DNA from: Amoebophrya sp. A120
Lineage: Eukaryota; Protista; Dinoflagellata
Length of the DNA: 28,570 nt
NCBI GenBank assembly: GCA_905178155.1
Contig: CAJINV010000023.1
Span: forward strand, 660,659 to 689,228
Direction of reading: 5' to 3'
Part shown: positions 11,201 through 20,700 of the stretch, piece after piece
Layout of the letters: the number at the start of each line of letters is the position of its first letter
Numbering within the stretch: position 1 is the first letter of the stretch
Translations under genes and position numbers: made by a program
The notes under the pieces: model-generated
Seen by the model: the letters and a program-made list of their open reading frames with translations, nothing else
The model's database searches: none
Told to the model about the DNA's origin: nothing

Positions 11201-14200
11201 TGGAGCATGACAAATTGCAAAGCACGAGTAGAAAACGCTTGTCATGGGACTCCGCATGAGAAACATTTTCAGCATGCACATTTGCATCACAACGATGGGG
11301 TGGGGACGTTTTTAAATACGATAGCCTGTCAGTCTGACGTATCCGAACGGAGACCACCAGACCGTGCCGTATTAAGTGCAAAAGTATCTGATACTCGTAT
11401 TGCAATCATGCGTATACAAATCTTTTTCTGAAGGTAAACCCGCATTACAAATTTTATTTCTCATTATTGCGCTCTTGCTGGACATTACCAACATTTGCCC
11501 ACGCAGAGCCGTCCTCTTGCCGGACACAACCAACATCTGTCCGAAACAACAGCCCAGGGCCAAGACGACACCGTGAGGACGTACGACCACAGGGGGTTCG
11601 TCTCAATGATGATGATCATGCTGAGGAAATTTGTGCTGCATTCCATTTATATTACGAGTGCGATACTATTGCAATTCATATGCCGGACCTGCCGGCAAAA
11701 CTGTGTGAGAGAATAAAATCCCTCCAAGCCGGGTTTACCCTCACCCCCGGATCCTTTCACGTCAACCCGGTAACGGGGCAGCTACTCGACGAGGAGATGG
11801 ACCCAGTCGAAAAAAAACCTTCGCGAGGACCGTTTGGAAAACAAATGCTGCTACCACGCGAAGACTGCCGCTCTTATCAAATGCAAAAATGTCTGGTCTG
11901 GAAGAGTGCAAACTTGTCATGCATATTTTGCATGCCCCGTGAGGTCTGCAATGCAGGACTTAGCATGACAGGTTCTGCGAAGTCTCTATCATATCTATCC
12001 TGCATGACAAACTGCCGCTAAAAAAACTTGTTCAGAAGTGGACACCTTTTGATATTTGCAATGCATAGCTCCATCGTAGACGCGCATGCGGAGACCAACC
12101 GAGTGGCTTTTTTGGTCTCCGACATGCCCACGGCACTGGTCGCCCTGGAGTATCTGCTGCAGACGCAGGAGCGTCGCATTGGACTGGTAATCCTTCAGCA
12201 GCAGGAGTCTCATGTATTCTGTGTAAAAACATTCCCACCCCGAAGTTGTCATGAAAATGCGCAATGTTGACAGGAATCGATTTGTAATGCGTATCTCCAC
12301 GAGAGGCATGCCCAGTCGCGTTTTGACATTTGTAACGCTGTAAATAGAATGAGAAAGTGGCTTTCTCATGCGGCTTCCCTTGCTAGCCAGCACTACCCTG
12401 CAGATGGAAACTTGTCATGCAGAACTCCCAAAGCGTGCGGATTTGTGTTGCAGACTTCCCATCTTGACTACTGTGTGCGGACGTTTTTACTCAGGATATC
12501 ATGATGTTTTTGCTCAGGAGGACAAAGTGCAGCGAGAGAATATCGCAAGAAAAAAGTGTTACAGTTATAAATTATGTTGCAGAACACGCAGGAGGGATAA
12601 CTACCTCTGTCATGCACGAAATGCTTTCAAACCGTATTTCGTACGTGTTTCCCCGTAGGATTTCTGCAATGCAAGTTTTCCCTCTCATGCAGAGAGATTT
12701 TTTGTGTTGCTGAATGGACAACAAATGTGTAACTGTAACACTTTTTTCGTGGTATAGAGAACCTGGGAGAAGGCGGAGAATCGACGTCCTCCAATATCCT
12801 GTGTAAAAACGTCCCCGCCCTATAGCCAAGATGGGAAATCTGCTAGACAAATCAACAAGCACTGGCTCACGCGCATGACAAGTTTGGCTTCGACGTAGTG
12901 CTGTACTTAATCCTTTTCGGCTACTTCAGCAGCATCACAGATCTAGAATAGGATGCTGATTGGAGCATTACAAAGGGCAAAACACGACTAGAAAGTGCTT
13001 CTTATGGGGCTCCGCATGAGAAAGATTTTGAGTATGCAGCTCTGCATGACAACTGCGGGGTGGGGACGTAGTTTTTAAACAGGATATTATCCGACGCGGC
13101 CAGGGGTCCCGTTGCCGGCGCGGTAGAAGCCACGATCCAGCTGGCGACGCAGATTGAGTATCAGAAGGAAAAATCCCCCCTCCCCATATCGAAGTGGAAA
13201 TCTGTGATGCTGGATTTGTGTACACAAATCGGATTTGTCTTGCAGTGGAGCAGAGCCGGGGTAGGGACATTTTGGTGTAGGAACCTAGCAAGGCAGGCAT
13301 ATTCTCCGTAGGCCATACAGCATTACAAATTGCCTGCAGAACGGGGCGGGGTTTTTGGATTTGCCTTCTTGCAATACAGAGACGATTTGTGGCCTCAAAT
13401 CAGCATCACAAATTTTCAGAAGTATCCCGTTTTGGTATGGGAGGGGGGATTTTTCCTCACAATATTGAGGACCTGTGTGCCTTGCATGGCGTCGACACGC
13501 ACCGGGCCCATACCGCGGACCTGCGGCACTCTGCGGACCTGCAAGCGCTCGAACGCGCGCGGCCCAGCGTGTTTGTCTCCGTCGGATGGCGGGCCTTGTC
13601 TGTCCCGGCCTTGGCACAAACAGAGTACGGCGCCTGTGGGCTGCTCAAAGTGCGAGTAAAAGGAGGAGAAAATGAAAATGAAACAAAAACAACAAAAACT
13701 TCCTCTTTTACAACCACGACGTCGTCAACGGATCATGATCTCGTTGTTCATGAAAATAATGATCACAACATATTCTGAGCAAAAACGTCCCCACCCCAGA
13801 GTTGTCATGCAATTCTGCATGCCAACGAAGTTTCTCATGCGGAGCCCCATGAGAAGCATTGTCTAGTCGTGCTTTGGAATTTGTGATGCTAGAATCAGCA
13901 TGCTATGCTAGGTCTGTGATGCTGCTGAGCTACCTAAAACAGGACTACACTACGAGGACAGACTTATCATGCGAAGTAACCAAAGCTGGTAGATTTGTCT
14001 AGCAGACTTCCCATGTTGACTCTGGTGTGGGGACGTTTTTACTCAGGATACAACAGCCACCTCTCGTCGTCGCCACCGACAGCTCCTGCACAACATCCTC
14101 ATATCAAAAGGAAAAATCCCCCCTCCACATGCTGAAAAGGTATGTTTCTGAAAATTTGTGATGCTGATTTGTGACCACAAATCCTGTCTCTCTTGCAAGA

Positions 14201-16704
14201 GGGCAAACCCAGAGACTCCGCCACGATATGCAGACGATTTGTGATGCGGCAAGGCCTATAGGGCAGACGTCTGCCATGCTAGGCCCCTACACCAAGAGGC
14301 CCCCCTTAGGCTTACGATCTGCGTGCAGTCCTTTACTGCAAGACGAATGTGATTTGTGTACTCAAATACAGCAACACAGATTTCCGTTTTGATATGGGGA
14401 GGGGGCATTCTTCTTCTTGATACCTCACGATACTAATTCTGGTGCCCGAATAAAACAAGAAGAAGAAGATCCTCCTCCGCCTGTAATACCATTTCGTCCT
14501 TCCGCCAGGCGGGCAGAGTCGGAACAGACCACTAGCCTCGGATTCGGCCTCTTGGTCAACAGACGAGCAGCACATCACCACGACGACCAGGGCAAAGTAG
14601 GTTTGGAAGCGGACGTGGTCGCGAACAAGATGTTACGGACTACAGTGGACGAGGGAATAGATCGTGCAGGAGGAACTACTACTTCGCAACAAGAACCTGC
14701 TGGTGTTTTTGACCTCCAAGCTAGTGGATTTCATGATTTTGATGTCGGGCCGATGGGGGGTGCTGTTCCTGCCTCGAGTACAACAAGAACTCGTGCATCA
14801 ACTAGCACTCCTGCCAAAATACAGCTTGCTTCGCCAGCTCAACAACCTGCTCCCGGGGTCCTGGGTGTAAAAAAAGAAAAACCAACCTCGTCGAAGAACA
14901 TTCTGCATGGCGATCATGTGACGATGAAAAACAACAATAGTACTACAACAGCCCTCAACATTGCAAAAGAATCGATTTTGCTCGGCTTACTCCTGGCGGC
15001 GCATGTCGAAGGGTACGTGTTTCGGACTGCCTCCGACACGGGTCGGTTGAGCTCCGCCCTGTTTTCCTCGTCGGAGGCAAGAACTCCTGGAGCAAGAGAG
15101 ACGTCGGCAAGAACTCCAGAAGTAGTTGCACAACTACAAGGCGCAGCAGTTGTAGTTCATGATTCGCCTGGCACAATTTCTGGGTCTTCTGCAAGTAGAA
15201 CTACTGTGGCAGGAGTAAATAAAACAAGTACCCCACCTCCGCAGGAGCTGCACACCTCCCAGCAACTACACGAGGCCGTGCGGATTTTTCCGGCGCATCA
15301 TGATGTTGCAAAAAAAGTACTAGTACCCAATGCGGAACAACTAGTAAGCAACAACACGCGGAGCAACAAGCACGCTCGAGCGACTCGAACCCTCGTTCGA
15401 GCGACCTGTCCCTGCCTTCCCGATTGTGAGACGGTGACAAGCTTGTGGCCACTCCCACGCACGGTATACAATGGATTGAGCGTATCGAAGGGAAAAATTC
15501 CCCCTCCCCATATCAAAACGAAATTTCTGATGCTGGATTTGTGTACACAAATCCGAGCTGTCTTGCTGAAGAGCACTCTACAGGCCCATACCAAGTGTGA
15601 GTAGAGAGGTTGTGGCCTAGGCACTTAGCATGAAAAACATCCGCGCTGTAGGCCCAACAGCATGACAAACCGCCCGCGCAATCCGACGGAGCCTGCGAAG
15701 TTGCCTTCTTGCAAGACAGACACGATCTGTGACCACAAATCAGCGTCACAAATTTCCAAAAATATACCTTTTCAATATGGGGAGGGGGGATTTTTCCTTA
15801 CGATAGAGCGAGTGCCACATTCAAGAAGCAGCGCCGCTGGTTATCCTATGTCAAAACGTCCCCACACCATAGTCAAGATGGGAGGTCTGCAACACAAATT
15901 CCCAAGTTTTGGGACTTCTGCATGACAAGTTTCCATCTGCAGTGTAGTGCTGGCTAGCAAGGAAAGCCGCATGACAAAGCCACTCTCTCATCCTGTTTAC
16001 AGCATTACAAATTGCAAAACACGATTGAAACGCCTCTCATGAAGATGCGCATTACAAATGTTCCTGTCATTGCAAATCTGCATGACAACTCTGGGGTGGG
16101 GACGTTTTTGCTCAGGATACTGGTCATGAAAGAAGAAGCAGCAGCCTCTGAGGACGCCAACATGGTCAGTCGACAGAACGACCAAAGTATCAACAAAGAT
16201 GAGGAAAATTCTAATGGCGGTTGTTGTCCAACGACTTCTTCGTCGTGGCTTTCAGTGCTTGCCGCACTTCTGCTGTCACAGGCCGCGAAGGAGGGACTGC
16301 GAAGACTCCAAGAACAGTGTGCTGGTCGCCCTCGTGCTGGTGATAAAGGGGGAGTAAAAAATGAAAAGGAAACGGCAGCTGACAGAGACGCGCGACGAGC
16401 ACCAGGACCAACACAACTTCTAGGTGCATCAACAAAGCGAGGGGAAGATGCTGCAAAGGAGGCAAGTATTGTCGGAGATGATGTTGAAAAAGAACCGGAA
16501 GTAGATCATGCTGCTGTAGGCGGTACGCCGACTCCGTATGATTCTGTTATAGCCGGGACTGTGCTTCACACGTCTAGTATTTCTGGGGGCTTCGCTCTTC
16601 TGGCCTGTGTAAAGGACCAGGTGTGGTTCGTAGAGAAATTCGAGACTGACGCGATTTATCCGCGTGACCTCCTCACGCCGGCGCCAATCTATGCATACAA
16701 GTAG
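8285..16704 (+). CDS. CE4/NodB polysaccharide deacetylase fused to a formyltransferase-like module and a long low-complexity C-terminus; 18 exons split by 17 introners; about 1170 aa
   Basis: Spliced ORF of 3513 nt from ATG8285 to TAG16704. CE4 motifs VFHDV, FEGKLRFLCETY, VLTFDDG, PLLQKYGATASFYVIG, GMELGAHGYYH, LTYPNG and LLPR. These are followed by RVAFLVSD...RIGLVI...RPSVFVSVGWR...YG, reminiscent of the formyltransferase N-domain. Start codon uncertain (8285 or 8291; ATG7925 cannot be excluded). Confidence 0.8.
8431..8693. mobile_element. Introner/MITE family B
   Basis: B-type TIRs; TSD TTCGA. Confidence 0.9.
8706..8914. mobile_element. Introner/MITE family D
   Basis: D-type TIRs; TSD GAAAG. 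Confidence 0.9.
8978..9245. mobile_element. Introner/MITE family B
   Basis: B-type TIRs; TSD TGCGC; reverse-orientation homolog of 3091-3359. Confidence 0.9.
9766..10092. mobile_element. Introner/MITE family A
   Basis: A-type TIRs; TSD GCTGC. Confidence 0.9.
10205..10533. mobile_element. Introner/MITE family A (diverged)
   Basis: Degenerate A-type TIRs; TSD CAGTT/CAATT. Confidence 0.85.
10598..10936. mobile_element. Introner/MITE family A
   Basis: A-type TIRs; TSD GATGG. Confidence 0.9.
11041..11323. mobile_element. Introner/MITE family C
   Basis: C-type TIRs; TSD GCCCG/GCCTG. Confidence 0.88.
11370..11680. mobile_element. Introner family F carrying an internal insertion of about 150 bp
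   Basis: F-type TIRs (TATTAAGTGCAAAAGTATC...GATACTATTGCAATTCATA); TSD TGCCG. Confidence 0.85.
11875..12067. mobile_element. Introner family B, truncated, with a shortened right TIR
   Basis: Left B-type TIR present; right end only GATATTTGCAATGCATA; TSD GCTCT/GCTCC. Confidence 0.85.
12215..12498. mobile_element. Introner/MITE family C
   Basis: C-type TIRs; TSD TCATG. Confidence 0.9.
12541..12756. mobile_element. Introner/MITE family D variant
   Basis: TIR TATCGCAAGAAAAAAGTGTTACAGTTA; TSD GAGAA. Confidence 0.88.
12795..13086. mobile_element. Introner/MITE family C
   Basis: C-type TIRs; TSD TCCAA/TCCGA offset by a 3-nt spacer (TTA). Confidence 0.85.
13159..13464. mobile_element. Introner/MITE family A
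   Basis: A-type TIRs; TSD TTGAG. Confidence 0.9.
13771..14050. mobile_element. Introner/MITE family C
   Basis: C-type TIRs; TSD CAACA. Confidence 0.9.
14102..14422. mobile_element. Introner/MITE family A
   Basis: A-type TIRs; TSD CCTCA. Confidence 0.9.
15483..15805. mobile_element. Introner/MITE family A
   Basis: A-type TIRs; TSD GAGCG. Confidence 0.9.
15842..16119. mobile_element. Introner/MITE family C
   Basis: C-type TIRs; TSD CTGGT. Confidence 0.9.
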
Positions 16705-17721
16705 AATGGGCACTGACTAGTAGGTCGATCTTTTGATTTTAACCACCTAGTAACGTCAATACATAGGCTTGATGTAATTGTATTCAGCATCGTTGTTCTA
16801 GCGATTTGAGTGATTATAGGGTCGTTGATGATGACGTTCCTCTTTTGATTTAGATAGATATCTGCCGTAGTGCAGTTGTTCTGAGAGCTGTTGAAATTAT
16901 GTATCCAAGAAATTATAGGTATAACTTGACTACAAAAAGAATTTCTACAGAGTTCTTGATTTTTGCATCGTTGCGACAGATGTACTGTGTGCACAAGAAC
17001 CTTGTCACCGTTCCAGATTTATTTCGGGAGTTGCAGTTCCGTAGCAGTAAGTGAATTTTTGCGGAAAGTAAACAACATTTGGACGCCACGACCGAAAAAC
17101 TGACCCAGAAGGCATTGCAAGTATAAAGGAGGAAAGTGAGAACGCTTGTCATCATCATGATGGGCATTATTTCTGCAATTGTTCAAAAATGTCCCTAGTG
17201 TGAATAAACTTCTGGCGATACAAAATAAAGCAGTGATGCCATCAAAAACAAATGTTCATGCAAAAGAACCTGCAAGAACCTAATGACTGTGACGATTTTT
17301 TTTTCCGTAGTAGACTCAGACACTTTTGTGTTCGCTTCATTTGAATTTCAAAGTATAGCTACGTCCTCCTGCTGCGACGGCATTTGCTGGTGTGGTCTGC
17401 GTCGATCGCAAAATCATACAAGCTTATTCTACGCGACAAAGATGAAAGCTTGCCGTCCGTGCATTTCATAATTTCCCGGTACTAGGGGACACGACACATA
17501 AAACCGGCGAAAGATCCATATTCTGGTGGAAGGGCGTGAGTAGCAAGGCAAACGGTTGTCCTGCGCTGCTGCTGCACCTACTCCTGCATGGTTATGTTTG
17601 AAAGTGTTTTTTACAACTACCGTAATACAGCTTTTTATTTTCTCCTGTGATCATAGATATAGAGATAGAGTTAGACTCTACTACTTGTTGAATAGATTAT
17701 TTTTTCGAGACCGTGGTCACC

Positions 17722-20700
17722 ATGACGGTGCTGAACTTGAGCGCAGCATGCCTCCAGGAGGCCTTCAACGAAAAATGTGTGCTGATTACGGGCGCCACCG
17801 GATCCTTCGGGCAGCACCTTTATAACCCGCTCAGGTGTTACAATCTCAAACGTTGCAATAGAATATGGAAATCTGTGATGCAAGAGTGCATGATCTAGCC
17901 AACTCTCATAGGATTGCGCATGACAAGTTCCGGAGCCCCAAACCCCACTACAATCTGGCGAAATTTGTATTGCAAAAGGTGGAATGCTGCGCGAGTCTGT
18001 CATGCTCATCATGAAACACATATTCGAGACTCTATTGTAACGCTTGAGATTGTAACGCTTGAGCAAGTCATAACCTTGTTTCCAAAATTCTGGAACACTG
18101 CACCCCAGCTGCGATCGTGATTCTGTCCCGGGACGAGCTGAAACAGTCGGTCATGCAAGAGAAGTTTGGGAGGAGAGTAGCCTATGTAAAAACGAAGCCC
18201 GCCACACCCCAGAGTCGTCAAGATCATTTTGCAATACAAATAAATCTAGAAAATGTTTTCTTGGGAGTCCTCACGCATGTTGACAAGTTCTTGCAGGCTG
18301 TAGTGTAGTGCAGTTTAAAAATATTAGCAAAGGAAGCCCCCGCATAACAAATCCATGTTCTTATCCTAATTTCAGCATTACAAACTATGCTAAAACACGA
18401 ACAGAAATGCTTCACTCTCCTGCGGAGTAGACACCGCATTACAAATCGACGATTCCTGTATTTGTAATTGAAGACCCGCATGACAAGAACTATGGGGTCG
18501 TGTGGGCGGCCCTGTTTTTCCTCAGGATAGAGAGCCACCGTGAAGTATGAACTGCAAAAGCATCGTACTCGTATAAATGCATTACAAATTTCCTCAGCAT
18601 GAGATATAAAAATTTGGAATGCGGGTTTACCTGAAGAAAAAAATTTGTAATGCATGACTGCAATTACTACGACTACGATACTTTTGCACAGGATATGGAG
18701 TACCTTCTCGGGGACATCCGCGACTATGAAAGGCTGACGGACGCCTTCGAGGATGTGGACATCGTCATCCACGGCGCTGCCTTGAAGCAGGTTCCTAGCC
18801 TCGAGCGCAACCCCTTCGAGGCGATAAAGACCAACGTGCTCGGCGCGAACAATGTGATTCGGGCGGCGGCTATGCAAGAAAAAAACTGTATAAGTGTAAC
18901 TCTGTGTCTATAATGCAGAACATGCAACAGAATAATACACCTGTCATGCCAGACAGCCATGAAGTCCTCTTTATTTATGTGTGTTTTATTCCCTTACAAG
19001 CCACGCATGACAGGTTTTCTCTGTCATGTAGAGGAGCAAATTTGTGATCATTTCATGCTGTCAGCTGCCAATAAAGGAAGTTACACTAGCACAATTTTTT
19101 TCTTGGATAGCGGTGGCTTGCGGGGTGAAAAAGTATTATATGTAAAAACGTCCCCACCCCATAGTCAAGTTGGGAACTCAGCAACAAAAATCTAGCAAAT
19201 CTAGATGTTTTGGGAACAACGCATGACAAGTTGCGCGCCGTAGTGTAGTGCATGTTAACAAGGACAAGCGCATCACAAATCCATCTGCTTATCCTGTTTT
19301 CAGCATTACAAATTCCAAAACACGACTGGAAATGCCTCCCTTGGGGATGCGCATGACAAATGTTCCTGTAATCGCAAATCTGCATGACAACTCTGGGGTT
19401 GGAAGTTTGCGAGAATCAGAGTAAGGAATTGTTGGCAAAAAAGTGAGGCGTTGTTCTGTTGGCAAGTGGGCACAAGTTGGCACAGTATGGCTGTTGGCAC
19501 AGTATGGATATGGTTGGTGGCGATAACAGAGTTGGAATATAGTGGCCGGGAGATGATGGTGATGGCACTTTGGCGTCCGCCTGACCCACCCGCCCTGCGT
19601 CTCAAGCCATCTGCGGCCATGGCACAATGGGGGGGCAAAGTGTGTCGCATTTTGTTTAGCATGACAACTCTGGGGTGGGGACGTTTTTGCTCAGGATAAA
19701 AAGCTGATCGCCCTCAGCACCGACAACGCCTCGTCTCCCGTCAGTCTGTATCAAAATGAAATCCTCCCCATATTGAAACGGAAATTTCTGTTGCTGGATT
19801 TGCGTACACAAATCAGATCTGTCTTGCAGCGAGGTACTGCAGGCAAAGCCTAAGCCTGCGTATGGGGGGTTTGGTGTAGGTGCTTGGCATAGCACAGGCC
19901 TGCCATGATGCCGCCACAGCATTACAAATCGCCTGCATAAAGCGACAGACTCTTTGTGCTTGCCCTCCTGCATCAAGAGAGACAGGATTTGTGGTCACAA
20001 ATCAGCATCACAAATTTTCAGACGTGTGCCTTTTCAATACGGGGAGGGGGGATTTTTCCTTACAATAGTCTGTACGGCGCCACCAAGCTCTGCCAGGATA
20101 AACTGATGGTGGCTGCAAATCACATGTACCGAGGAAATATCAAATGTAAAAATGGCTGGGTCTGCCCCCAATTACATAAATTTGGCTGGGTGAGGTAACT
20201 CCCAATTACATAAATTTGCATAGGCTTTAGTTGCTTAAGTGTTCAAATCGCATACAAGTAACGCTCTGCGCGAAGGATAAAATTGCAATAAGAGTTAGTT
20301 CCTGAGATCTTAGATAGTTCCGAAATCCGCAATACAAATCCAAGGTCAGTTCAAATTTCAGTACATAGTTCCTCTCATGCTCCATGTCATAAATGCTTCC
20401 CGATAAATCGATGATCTAGTAGTACTTTACTTTATTTACCTATAGCTCATAATGATTCTTACCCGAATGCTATAATAGTTGTTAATCTAGTTTTTAATGC
20501 GCATTTTGGGGGAAGGGTCATGAACAGTAGTAGTGTCAGCGAATAGTAGTGAGCATGCACCCACGGTGTGCTATTCGCACGGCCATGACACTACTGCGCG
20601 AGCACCCACAGGCTCCCAGGTGCCTAGCGCTTTGGCCAGCGTAGCACCTCGGTAGAGCCTGCGGGACCCCGTGGGCAGAAGTTCATTGCACCCAATTTGT

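Noticed and set aside
14417-16704. ORFs 14417-15604 and 16012-16704 as separate genes
   Set aside because: Their listed starts lie inside elements, and both join in frame to the upstream deacetylase ORF after splicing
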